59,441 nt of DNA, taken from positions 1 to 59,441 of the forward strand of contig JAAPAO010000163.1 of NCBI GenBank assembly GCA_013115145.1, given 5' to 3'. Both the position numbers and the translations under genes were made by a program. The notes beneath the pieces were generated by a model that was not told the DNA's origin, ran no database searches, and saw only the letters and a list, made by a program, of their open reading frames with translations. How positions within the stretch are numbered: the first letter of the stretch is position 1; every line of letters starts with the position of its first letter. The DNA is from Perkinsus chesapeaki ATCC PRA-425. Its lineage: Eukaryota; Protista; Perkinsozoa. Shown here piece by piece: positions 47,550 to 59,441 of this stretch.

Positions 47550-50500
47550 TATGTAACAGTTATACACGCCATATGGTTTGCTCGGGCCGCCGAGCTATGG
47601 CCTTTTCTAGTCTTCTAATGCTCACGACGAGCTCGTTAGTTAACAAATGCGTTGTCCAATCAGTTCCCACCTTCATTGCACCTCAGGCTGTCGTGTGCTA
47701 CTTCGCACGCTGCCTGTACTCGTGCGTTGTCGATTGTCATGTTGACTCATAACAGAGCTACTGGCTGTTGTTGGCACCCATCAATGAGGAGCTATAAGTA
47801 TGGATGATTTTGCCGGGCTAAGAAGTTCAGAGTTTATCTGAGACAATTCGACCATTTCGACAAATATGAGCATTGTGTTGTAGTTTCATTCTGGAATAGC
47901 CAGCCCGTCGGACACACTAATTACCATCGATTCTGAACCAGCGCAGCCAGTTCCTTGTAAGGAACTTATATACTTATCCCGCCGCGTCCCGTTAAGGTAC
48001 CGTATATTGTACAAGGTATGTTCACCAACAGTGATATGAGGGTAGCCATGAGTAGCTGGGGTTCAGCTGAGTGTATAGATGTACGCGCACTCATGGCTCA
48101 TGAGTGACCCCGTTAGTCACCGCTTAAAATACGTTCGTACAGATATGCCAGCCAATCACGACTTGGTATATCAATGTTATCAGCAACTCTACCGCCAGTT
48201 ATTAACTAATACCCAACAGAATTCACATCCCTCCTCAACCTACCATGTCCCTCATAGCAGCCGCTCTCGCTCGTACCCGACAAGTGAGCAACACTCTTGT
48301 GAAAATCTGTTCAACTGCCCTATGAGCTTCATCTAACCTCAAAGGTATCCAACAAGATTCCCCGCTATTGTATGCCACCAATCGCCATTGTCTTCTCCTT
48401 ATTCTCATTCAAAGCCTTCTGAAGTAACTCCTCCAATTCCCCTCGCCTCACTTTTAACTTCTCCAATTTGACCTAGTTCAATTCTATTATGCAGAAGAGA
48501 ATCTTTTCGAGGAAAACCCGAAAACCCAAAACCCATTTTCCGTTCACGGTGAATAGCGTCAACTCCCTACATACACACTTACGCTATTAATGAGCGTATC
48601 GAATAGTGAATTGTATTCAGGTGAAATCCGGCGACCAGCAAAACCTAGTAGAAGGAAGCAAAGCAGCTTATACCTTGGGACGGTTATACATTATAAATGC
48701 ATGCCATGACAACCAAGCGGTCACAACCTCATATCTATTGTGTCGTCTGTCTCCCATGAGGATAGACGTAAGCATGCTAACGTTCGAATAACATAGGTTA
48801 ACTTATATAGGTCATGTCTAAGGAAATCTGAAGATCTGATTGTCTTCAAGAATAAATGGTGCTTAAGATTGCTAACGTAAAAAATATCAAGACAGAACAT
48901 CACAGATTCATCCGACTGATGTTCTGAGTTTATAATATATTTCCTCTTCACCTGGGCTTCATGCAAATCAGATGTCATTGCAATCTCCTTCTGTTGTGAG
49001 TCCTCCTCTAACCTTCGCAGTTCCCTCCTTTCGTTCGCTATCATATCAAGTTTCTCCCGAGAGACCCGGCTGAGCTCCTGGAAGAGCGGTAATGAGCATC
49101 ATACTCGTATTCAACAGCAAATGTATTAGATTATAAGGGGAATTGTTCATTCGGTACAACTCAGGCGAGCCACAGCCATAATACCATCCGAAGATGAAAA
49201 GCCAGTAAAATTTCAATCCTTTTCTTAATCCACGCTGATACGAGAACAGACTGTTGCTCACTATCTGCTCTCCTCCTTTTCCTCCGCCTCACCTCATGAT
49301 TCTCCTCTAGTAGTTCATATCGTTTTAATAGCTTATCAATATCGTCTAACTCAAATGCCACCATTCGGCTATATGTTAGCAGCAGCCTAAGCCTTACATT
49401 GCAGCTCCTCCGCCATCCTATCAACTATCGATGACGATCGCCTCGAACGGGTAATCTCTGCACCACCTGCATCGAAGAAGGTAGCCTGCTATCGGAAAGC
49501 CAACAGTACTTCAGGCGTAATATTTTTATAAGAAAAAACTAATATTATTATATAAATGGGACAGTATGTATGAATGTAAATCAAAGTTTCAATACAAAAC
49601 ATGTTGAGTGTGCTGCACCTAGGACGCAATGCAACCTTGTAGAAGCGTTCAAGGATCGTAGTATAGGATACAGTATTTATCATCTATATAACATTCTAAA
49701 TGATGTTAAATATATTAGTAAAGTCGTAAGACAGCAGAGATATATATTATCAATAGAAATAGCGCATCAGACGCCCCTACGGCAACGCGGACGGGGGGCT
49801 GTAGTAGTAGTAGTTAGTCCGTAGTGTATAATAGTAAGCTACTACTATACAAAATACGAATCCACTAGCGATATGAAGATGGCAGAGCATGAATGGAGTC
49901 ACTGAAAACATCCTCCACCCACTGACGAGGATTCTTTCTTTGCAGTAAACTGGGCACAAATTAAATAGCACAACTCAGCGCTCCCTCACCTGTCCCACTA
50001 GCCCTTCCTTCATCGGCACCCGTCTGATATTGTACAACCGATTCTAGATAGGTGCGATAAGGCAGATTATGGGCTACCTAGAAAAGGTATCTTTAGGTCA
50101 CCTTGAACCCGTCCATGTTTGCCTCCGCCTCCTGAATTTTAATATTATCCATCAGCGTCTTTTCCTTCGTCTCCAGTTCTCGTATCTGCTTCCATCTGCA
50201 AACCAAACTGCACATGCCAACCTCCTCATCCAGCTGTCGACACTCCTCCTCCTCTTCGTGCCTTTTCTTGTCAGCCTTGTGCACCTTCACATCGATCGAT
50301 CTGAAGACGGTTAACAAGTGAGCCCGCGTCACTTTCCACGCTCCCCAATTTAAGGTGGTAGTCAGAACGCTGGATTTTTCCACAGACCCGAACCTAGGCG
50401 CCACTTGGACGTCCGATAGACTTCCCTTTACTTGTCGAGCAATCGAGTGGCACCTCAAGCTGAACTACAACGTTGGGTATGTTACATTTTAACAGCAGCT

Positions 50501-52174
50501 AAAATGTAAAAAATGTTAGCGGCATAAAGTAGACAGTCTGTAACACAACACCGCTATTACGTATGTCGCATACGCAATGATGAAACCGCACGTACGGTAT
50601 GTGCAGTTTTATCATTATAATCAAGCAACGATACATTCTTCCTTTCCGCTCGCTACTTGAGCTCCGTTGGATTTCCCTTTTTTCCATCAGAATCGCCCAG
50701 TGCCCTTCTCCTACTCACTTTATAAACTTCTCATTCTCATTAATCATCATTTTTAAATGTTCCTGCCGGGCCGCTAACCTTTCCTTTCTTTCTCGACATT
50801 TACTCAATCTACCCTCCACTCGCCGTCTGGTATCATTCAGCTCCTGCCGCCGCACAAAATGTAGCAGACTCGCAACAACTTCAGAATAATGATTTCCCGC
50901 ACGGTATTTAAAACACAGACTAGCTCGTCATAAAAAAGGGAATTCAGAAGGATACTTAACCAACGCTGTCTCATTAATCGATCAATTCCATCTCCCTGCC
51001 ACCAACGATCGATAACTTCGCTCCCGACATCGCCCACCTTTTCGATGTCTCTATTAGTCCTCGCTATCCTGAGCAGCTCCAACGCCGACGAGCCTGATCT
51101 CTCCAACGACTTCAGTTCCTCTCGCCCTTTGCTGAGCATCTTTTCACTAACTGCCGCCCACGGCTCCAAATGCGCTGCAACCGCCGCTACTTAAACCGCC
51201 AAGCACATTCAACGTACTCTTCTCGACATTCCCAAATTTGCCTCTCCCTTGCGTATCCAGCAGCAGCTGTCTGCGGCGCTCTGCCATAATGTACCAACTC
51301 ACCATTGACAAACTACCATCAACCCAAACACGCAAGCTGTCCGACAACCAAGTGTACAACAGTTTAACGTAATAGTAGTAGGAAGCCCATCAAACGTCCG
51401 ACGCCTCCTTTCGAGGAGTCCCTGTCTTCGCGCCCACTTCTGCCTCCAACTTTTCCAACCTCTTCATTATATCTGCCATATTCTCAGTTTTAGTCCCCGC
51501 AATTTCCTTGACACCACCAGGGGCTGCTTGCCGACTGCTCTCAGTAGTGCCATTTTCCGCCTTCACAACTCCAACGTCGTCGTCGGGCTTCCCCGTAAGG
51601 GCTTCCGTTCCCCCACGTGCTGACTCGACAGCCTTACCCTCCACAGCGTCGGACTTCTTATCGGCAATGGTCTCAACTCGAACACCTTCTCCAGAGGGGT
51701 CAGCAACATCTCCTTGCTTTCCCTCTCCCGTCGTTACGGGTACCAATTCAAGCTTGATCGCTGCGGGAGTAGTTCGGGCCTTCGTCGGTTCTTTCACTTC
51801 CTTTTTGTTTGTGGGCTCTGCCGTCTTCGGAATGGCTGCTGCTGAGGTCGGAGGAGCAGGAGAAGGCGTTTTATCGAATGGTGCTTCTGTAGATGGCTCG
51901 TCCTCGAGCGTCGTTAACTTCAATTTCAATACCTAAGTAATATAACAGAGATCCTAGAGCGGCTTTGGCGCAGTAGGTAGCGCGTAGGTCTCATAATCCT
52001 AAGGTCGCGAGTTCGATCCTCGCAGGCCGCACTTTTTCCACTCACCACTGTCCCCTCCTCTTCTCCATACTTATCCTTCTTCACCACGCCAACTGGTTGC
52101 AACTCCGCTTTTATTCGAGACGCGTCTATCATCGGCCCGACTTGCCCCATCACAAAATCAGATTCTACAAACAA
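47550..52174 (-). CDS. Hypothetical coiled-coil/low-complexity protein (multi-exon; may be more than one gene)
   Basis: Large Ala/Glu/Lys/Pro exon 51390-51932 and coiled-coil exons (EEEECRQLDEE, IRELETKEKTL, LLKRYELLEENHEVRRRKRR); in-frame intron 51933-52045 checked by hand. Confidence 0.45.
51959..52031 (+). tRNA. tRNA-Met (CAT), elongator-type
   Basis: Full cloverleaf GCGGCTT-TG-GCGC-AGTAGGTA-GCGC-G-TAGGT-CT-CAT-AA-TCCTA-AGGTC-GCGAG-TTCGATC-CTCGC-AGGCCGC-A then CTTTTT; G1-C72 and T54 exclude the initiator. Confidence 0.97.
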
Positions 52175-53064
52175 TCACATAGCTTCACGTGCTCGTCCGG
52201 GAGGGGACAGAAAATTGTGCCGAGCGCGGAGATAGGTACAAATAATGACAAGGATAGTGAAAAGGAACAGTTTGAAGTATATAATACGGGCACCTGTAAC
52301 AAATAAGAGAACGAGACTGGAAAAATTTAAAACATGTCCCCAGAGCAACAAGAAAACACACCAAATGCGTTTCTACTAGTAATACTGCACTCCCACTAAG
52401 ACTCGCAAATTACACAACCACCAATCATCCACAGTAGTAGCAGCAGCAGACACCTCACCAGCTCCGCGAATCGGCTGCTCCTCCCGAGTCGGCATTCGTG
52501 CTCGCTTGGCATCGATATAGAGATATATTATCATTATTACCGCGAAGAAGGAGAGTATCTAAAAAAGACCTGTTATTGACCGAGTCACTCGTAGCTGTGA
52601 AACCTCGCCTTAAAAGGCGAAATGCATTTCGAAGAGATTGAATGCTACGTGGTCCGTTTCTCTCACCCCAATTCTTTGACAGTGGTCATGCTTTCCTCGT
52701 GGATACGCAGCGAACTCTCCAAGCCCAGAGTAGCTCGCTGATCGAGGCATGGGGTAAAACAAAAACTACTCAAAATAGGAAACCTAAACAACGGTTCAAA
52801 ACCGTCATCATACTCTAATAATTACACTGAACTCGGACTCGTCCAGGATGTCCAGGAGGGTGACACCAACATCGATAATTTTCTATAAGTCTATAGTGGG
52901 AGGAATGAACCACCCAAACCACTCCAACTTGCACTCCCAGCTTCAATCAAATCTTGATTGTGCCCAACATGTCCGGTTATAGCATCATCAACCGTGATGG
53001 CGTATAAAAGGCGGAGGGTATATTAATTTTGAAACCAACAGTTTAATCTATACTTCTAGCGACG

Positions 53065-53376
53065 TTGAAGACCTTGTACCTCGGCTGCTATGACCATTCA
53101 ACACTCCCTTACTCTCCCTTGGACAACACAAGCGGCCGCTATTTCGAGGCTACAGTGGCTGTGTCATCATGGATGATGCTATGGGCCCTTCTCGAACTGT
53201 GGGCTATTGAGTCCTCCTCTTCCCTCAACAACCTCCCATTCCCCTATACCGCCCTGCTCGACATCATGGGGAGGGCAACCCGAGGAGTAGGAGGAGAAGG
53301 AAGTATCGTCATCATCATCTCCACCGAGCATACCAGCCAGAACGCTCGCTCGAGACCGCTGCTGCTGGGGACCTAA
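53065..53376 (+). pseudogene. Degenerate Ski2/Brr2-like helicase fragment (motifs IV-VI region)
   Basis: LGCYDHSTL...VAVSSWMMLWAL...LPFPYTALLDIMGRATRGVGGEGSIVII resembles Brr2/Ski2 'YP..DVLQM.G.A.RP..D..G..VI'; neighbouring exon-like pieces at 52660-53030 do not join in frame. Confidence 0.35.
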
Positions 53377-53799
53377 TAAATGCCCAATGATCAGACTCGA
53401 AAACCAACTCGAGTTCTCACAGATCAGTTATAAGTTATTTGAGATATAGTTTGCCGTGTCTAGAACCCACGACCATTCAAATCCTTCTATATACTATAGA
53501 ATCTCGTCAACGTATCCGCCAGAACCACTAGAAACAATGGGCGAGGTGCGAGGACCGACGGATCGCTGATGGAGGTAGAAGCGGGAAGCTTCGACGACGA
53601 CCCCAACGGGCGGGCGGAAGGGCCAAGAAAAAGCTGTCGTGCGGCGACCCTGGAGCAACCTAGCACGGCAGCCTAGCAAGCACGCGTGGTGGAGTAGGCT
53701 GCGTACACCTTCCGATCGCGTCACATTTCGGTATGGCGTACAGCTATCGGGCAACGAGGGCCCGCCCGGATACTCCCAGATCTCACTTCGACACACTGC

Positions 53800-56700
53800 G
53801 TGTAGCGTACTATGAAAAGTAGGCGTGCAATCTTTTCCACTATAAATTTCACCAAAAACTCTATTTTTATGATGACATTTGAACTAGCATCCTCCCCGCA
53901 CTCAACGAGCAGCCAAATCCTTTACCTCGTTGCCTGGTCTCCATTCCATCCTCCTTATCCTCCTCCTTCTCCTCTTCTTTCCTAGGCACAAGGCCGGTGA
54001 ACAGCTGCCATACCTTGATAACCCTCCCCCATGGCTCAGCATGAGCTGCCTCCAATCTTCTCTCAGCCAAGGCTAATCTCTCCTCTGCTGCTTCATGAAC
54101 CCTTTCACATCCTTCGATCTAAAACCCTAAACCTAGTAGACCACTCCGCAGGACGTTCTACTATAACAGATATAATGCTGGTAGGAAGGCTAATAAGGAT
54201 AGCGAGCCCATTTCATTCTCATCGGATTCCCTATTACCCATCACTTAAAAGGCCCAGCCCAAGCTCGACGGATACAAATGAAATTTCCGCAAGTGGCGCC
54301 AAATAGCATAACAGTGCAACAAAACCGCACTACTGCCCTTCCATTATCACTACAACCATCGTAACATAATATCTATTATAGAGAGGATACCCTCATATAG
54401 AGAAAAGAGGGAAGCCCTCAACAAAGGATAGTCACTGCGCCAGGAAATTATCTCAACAGTCACCGGGAAAGTACATATATCCTATTACTGACTTTAACGC
54501 CACTACTATGATCTAGGATTCACTAGGAAGCCTTCAATTCACACTGAATAATTTCGTGTCCCACTACTAGAGTTCTTCTGGCTTAACTGTCTTCTCCAAC
54601 CCAAGAACCCGCTCCCTGTGAAGTTCCCTTCCAATATCACCTTCTCTTTATGCTTCGTCGTCACCACAGCTCTAGCTCTCTGCAATGCCGCTTCCGCTAA
54701 TACTGTCATACCGTCCACACGGAACCTCCTCACCACCTAATAGTGACTAGCTGTGTAATTTCTGATTCCATATTTTCTGTATTCCTGATACAATAGACCA
54801 ATCAACGTATCCTCTCTCGGTTGTATTTTAAGTTTCACTTGAAACCCAACCGAACAACTGAGGTAGCCCCAAACTCGAAGAGCAGAAATCTCCAACATTT
54901 TGATAGAGAGAAGAGCTCGTAAATGAATAGCCCTACCTCATCATCCAGCAGATCAACAGCAATGGCCTTCGGATTCCGAGTGGCAATCCCTCGCTCCTCC
55001 TCCAGACTCTGAAAAGGTTAATATACGATAGTCCAGATACACAGCAAGTCCGCTTCAAACTTAAGTTCCCTATTTGTAGTAAGAAACATCCCCTATGAAG
55101 TTGCAGCCACCCTACTGTCCAGATGGCTAACAAGCATCTTGAGGATATTACCCCGAGCTCTGCGGAGCATCCCTACGGCTACAGCCTCCCCTAGCATTTG
55201 CTTCTGCTTTGCAGAGAACGACCACTCACTACCGACGCAATCAAACATACCTGCCCAATTCTTTACCGATCTTACACCCTAAATAGAACCCTGCTACTCC
55301 GTGTCATCACAAGCGAGAGTTATCACAGGGGCACCCGTCCTTGTTGCAGTTATTGATGCCTCCGAGGTCCCAAGGATAAAATGTTCCGAGGTTAAATAGG
55401 TTCTATAACTACTGCATCCTTTCCTTATCTAGAGTAACATTCAAATCGCTGCCACATTAATACCCTCCTCCCCAGCCTTATAACCTTCCTTAGCTCCTCT
55501 CGTGCCCGTTCAACATCCTTTCTCAGCTTCCTCTGTTCAAGCTCGTATCTCTGACGATCTTGAAATTGCAGCAAACGTAGCAGACGATCAACGAAAGATA
55601 CCGCTCCGATAATCAGTGTATGCTGAGAGTTTCCATCCAAACACTACAACAATCACAACCCTACTCTTAAACTAGCTTTCCTATCCGATGCCACAAGAGC
55701 AACCCTAGCCCCCACAGGCTTCTCCTCGGCCTCTTCCGGGCCATGGTCCAGATATCTGTCAAATGCAACATGTTCACAAAGATATTTCATGTGCCATATC
55801 TTTTCTAGTGCCCCTCTCTTCTGCTCACCCGATGGTCGTCTCCGAGAATTAGCGATTTAAATCGGATATTGACTTATGAAATTCAAGCTCACGATTACAT
55901 TGGGATGAAAAAGGTACATGTGGTGAAATTTTCAGACACTCGGTATCTTTGATTGTGTGCCCGCTGTCCCCTTCCTCGGTGTAGCGCAACCATTACTATT
56001 GTATAGTACTTTATCAACACCACCGCCCATACCGTCTCTTCTTACTGTATACTACACCCTACCTTCCCAGTTGATTTATGCATTCTAATACTTTAACCTT
56101 AAGCTCCTGCCAGCCATCATTAACCGTAGATAATGTAGCTGCTACATGCAGCCTTGAAAGTGCCCTTTCAACCTCCACTAGATAGTCCCTGATAATATAG
56201 GGTTTATACACAAGGATTACGACGACCCTTCATCGATGAGCTGAGCCATACTAAGAACTAATAATCTTTCTAAGTGTTCAATAAGACAAAGCTCTTGCAC
56301 ACTGTAAACGTTCTTCCCGTGAACTTGAAAGTCCTAATCGTCGTTTCCCACACATGTTGTCCATACGCGTTACATTTCTACACTGTCACCCTGTGCCTCA
56401 CTGTTGTGACAGAATTCGTGGCGCGTGACGAATTTAAGATTTCCAATTGTGTTATCAACACAGCCGAGCTTATGATAACGCACATTAACAACAAGATGGT
56501 TGCTCCCATATCTGGGACACTGCGGAGCTACTATATATCTTACCGTTCTCAACTACTAACACATCAATACTAGGTGCTAGCCTTTGGATTTATGGATCCT
56601 CCTCACCTCTTCAAACTAGTCGACTCCGCAATAGGCAGCAATGCCTCTGCGTCATGTCTAGCGATACTGTTACGCCAGGTCTCCAAATCGACATCAGTAA

Positions 56701-58206
56701 CATCTAATAATCAACTCATGCTTCTACCTTCAGGACTCCCACTACTTTTCATTAAGGATGAACTAGAAGTCCAGTGAGTAGCATCCTTGCCCGTTGGCAT
56801 TACCGATAGGAGTATCTTAGGTTGAAGCGAGCGTATCAATCCTAATAGCTACATACTGGCAGCTATCCTAGAACTTACAAGTAATGAACCACATCCTATG
56901 TTATTACTAGTATGTACGAATATTTTCTACAAAAACCTTCCGTAATACTACCTCAGGTATCTACAAAGTCTGAAGGCTACATACTAACAAAGTGATGATC
57001 GAACACCTTGGAAAGCCCCTACTGCTACTTATTCATTCTGCACCTTCCATAATACTACCTGAGACCGTATATTCCACCATGCCTCCTGTACTCGTATTTG
57101 TAGCCTTTCCATCTTCTCCAGCATCTCCCACTTCTCATCACATGTCCCTTGCAATTCCCTTACCTAAATTATGTTTGCTCACGATAAACCAAAATGTAGT
57201 GTAACATTAAAACCAAGTGAACAAAAGGTCAGCCGGCTGAAGAAAATTAGACACTGTATCGTGCGTGAACTGCCACTGGACCAAAGATACTTCTGTAATT
57301 CTTCGCGGTGCGGTTCAATCTCACCTTCCCAGTAAGCCTATCCAAGGCATCATTACGAACCTGTTGCTTCCAGACAGGCCAATAGTCCACACAGCTGTGC
57401 AACTGACAACAATCAGGAGTAATCTAGTGGAACAGACAGTATTGATAATCCTGATACCCTAGACTAAATCATATCAGGTGCTATGGAGAACTATGTCCAA
57501 GGCCACCGAGCAACCATGGTGAGTTTTGGCATGTGTCGAAACACACAAATGCCCCTATAAACTTCATAAGAGTATCCGTGGACATATTGTATTCCACTAA
57601 ATGGACTTGCCCACTACTTGTGTGCTCTATAGTATGAAGTATGTCAGTAATAGACCAATTCCTTATGAAGAGATAAGTGTCTATGCTTGAACTGGCCCAC
57701 TGGTACTACCTCGGTTCCTATACCGCCGTACGTCTTAATGAACTTTTCCTTAGCATCGCTGACCTCCATATTAATCATAGCTACAGCATTGGACTGTATG
57801 TAGGCAGCCTCGCCTTGTAAGACATCTATCTCACTTTTAACCTATAATCCTATCTACTCTCACTCTACCGATCAGCACTCTACCGTTGCTATTGGAACGT
57901 TCCGTGAGACAGACATGAGGACATCACAGGCTGCAACAAGCAAGGGCAAGCTTGCAGATGGGCTCGGCCCAATGCCTTCTACTGTATCGTCTGAATGCAA
58001 ATAGGAGCCTTCCCATCATGACAGGACCGACCCGATGTTCTCTCCATAAGGAGCCTCAGTAATGACGGCCAAATGGCCATGATTCTTTTTATTAATGTAT
58101 CGGCATCATCTGTCTCGGTAGACCTTTCAGATAGATTACAAGTGTCTAGCCAATGACAAATATGCTCATCGAGAGATGCCAATGAAAGGAGGGCACCACC
58201 GGTCAT
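53800..58206 (-). CDS. Hypothetical multi-exon protein(s)
   Basis: ATG at 58206 (MTGGALLSLASLDEHICHWLD...), exon pieces DVDLETWRNSIARHDAEALL, RYELEQRKLRKDVERAREELRK, VLAEAALQRARAVV. Unresolved. Confidence 0.3.
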
Positions 58207-58239
58207 ACATCAACGTTTAACTGCGCCGAAATAAGGAAC

Positions 58240-59441
58240 GCACTGTGCATTAAAAATAGCGCGCGCCCAAAATTCATTTATTTGTCACAGTGGACGTTCG
58301 ACTTGTCACAATGTCTCAAGTATGAGCTGTCACAGAGTTTAAAGTATGAATTCTCACAGTGCTGAAAGTGTGAATTGTCTAAGTAAACAATGCACGCCTG
58401 CGCAAGGACATAACTCGTGCGAGGTCAATCGGAGATTGCTCGGGACACGTGTGGCCTGGGTGATCTGTACTCGCCCGACGAGTAGCCTCTTGCTATCTTA
58501 TCAACTCTTACCTATCCCTCAATATGTGAGCACGTACATAGCTCCATTAACAACTCAATACTACTATCACTATCATCTATTCTTAATCCATCAATTACAA
58601 GAGTGTTGTATTATGCACAAGAGTTATGCTATCACCGCCGATGTATCCTCGTCTGAGTATGAGTATGAGACAGCTAAGGAAGGGCCACCAAAGATCAAGG
58701 ATTGGCCGGTCAAAATCATGACGGCGACGCAGTGCCACTGCCTTTGCGGCAGTGGACGCGCGCGGTACAATACAGCGTAGCTTAGCATACCTCGCGCGCC
58801 ACATATCTTTCAGTTTCGGAGTCCTGACCCTATCGACGGGTCGGCGGGGTAATTGAAGCTTTCTCATGTATAACGTGAGGTTTTTCTTGGCTCGGCAGAG
58901 CCAAGCAGGTGGATGGTGCGGTGGATGCCGCACCATCCAAAAACCTGTTCCAACACCTAGGGCTACGGTAGCCCTAGGTGTTGGAACAGGTTTTTGAACA
59001 GCTGCAGCTCCAGGTTGAGCCCACGAGGCTGCTCTGAGAGCAGTGCTCTCCAACGAAGTCCTCTCCGGGCTGAGGGAAGCCATTATGGTCGTCTTGTGGC
59101 TGATTGATTCGCCTAGACTCTAGGCCCTAGAGTAAGGGGGTGTGCATCTGCATTACCTCTGATCACTTTTTTGTCAGGTAGCTCGACACGTTTTTCGGCA
59201 CGCCGCCCAGGCTGCGCCGATCATGGAGAGCAATCAGACGAAGTCGCTTCCCGACTCACCCCTGCATAACGAACAAAGATGCTCAATGAGAAGTGAACTA
59301 GACACACCCGTGGGATGCAAAGACGTTTCTAGCACCTGAATTTCTAGGGGGTTTGCGTAGAATCTGGGGGGGGGGGGTGGCAAAGGCCCCCTTTTTTACT
59401 CAGCCTTATCGTGGCGCCCCCTTTTCTTACATGCACGCAAG
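58240..59441. mobile_element. Putative mobile/foreign element, runs off window end
   Basis: Three tgtcaca motifs at 58283-58335, a dense hairpin cluster, and a GC-rich tail with a long G run at ~59367-59377; lies upstream of the last gene start. No transposase motif recognised. Confidence 0.3.
58886..58996. repeat. Three consecutive perfect inverted repeats (8, 11 and 29 bp arms)
   Basis: cttggctc-ggca-gagccaag (58886-58905); ggatggtgcgg-tggatg-ccgcaccatcc (58911-58938); caaaaacctgttccaacacctagggctac-g-gtagccctaggtgttggaacaggtttttg (58938-58996). Confidence 0.95.

Noticed and set aside
52789-52806. B-box-like ACGG-TTCAAAA-CCGT
   Set aside because: Only a 4-bp stem, no tRNA-like context.
53450-53480. 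14-nt match to E1 (ATGGTCGTGGGTTC) on the minus strand
   Set aside because: T-loop is TTCTAGA and the canonical T-stem does not pair; may be a far-decayed relic or chance.
58595-59083. 162-aa ORF as a transposase
   Set aside because: No DDE, HUH or recombinase motif; PVPTPRATVALGVGTG is simply the palindrome translated.
1-59441. Spliced-leader RNA gene or SL relic; rRNA; snRNAs; CRISPR array
   Set aside because: No ACCGTAGCCATC(T)TGGCTCAAG-like match, no U1/U2/U5/U6/5S hallmarks, no repeat-spacer array seen by eye. CTTGGCTC at 58886 is only a partial match.

Overview
Eukaryotic, intron-rich DNA with many 40-110 nt GT-AG introns, short intergenic spacers and long co-oriented gene runs. Gene content and style suggest a Perkinsus-like alveolate (inference, not proven). 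Recognisable genes: amino-acid transporter 3' end, ankyrin protein, ASE1/PRC1/MAP65-like protein, Atx1-like HMA protein, eIF2-alpha, three tandem intronless GT61-like glycosyltransferases, a helical-repeat protein, two tandem secreted paralogs plus a third secreted protein, a U-box protein, an ABC-class ATPase (PF09818/MRB1590-like), a Ski2/Brr2-like helicase fragment, several hypothetical multi-exon genes, and one intact tRNA-Met nested antisense in a 113-nt intron. The most unusual signal is a set of isolated tRNA 3' modules (T-arm/B-box + 7-nt acceptor 3' strand + discriminator, two followed directly by T5) with no detectable 5' half or anticodon arm, sitting just upstream of protein genes. 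Two GC-rich islands carry clustered perfect palindromes, including a perfect 59-bp one. Most short ORFs in the supplied track are single exons or antisense shadows. Ends of multi-exon genes are approximate unless stated.
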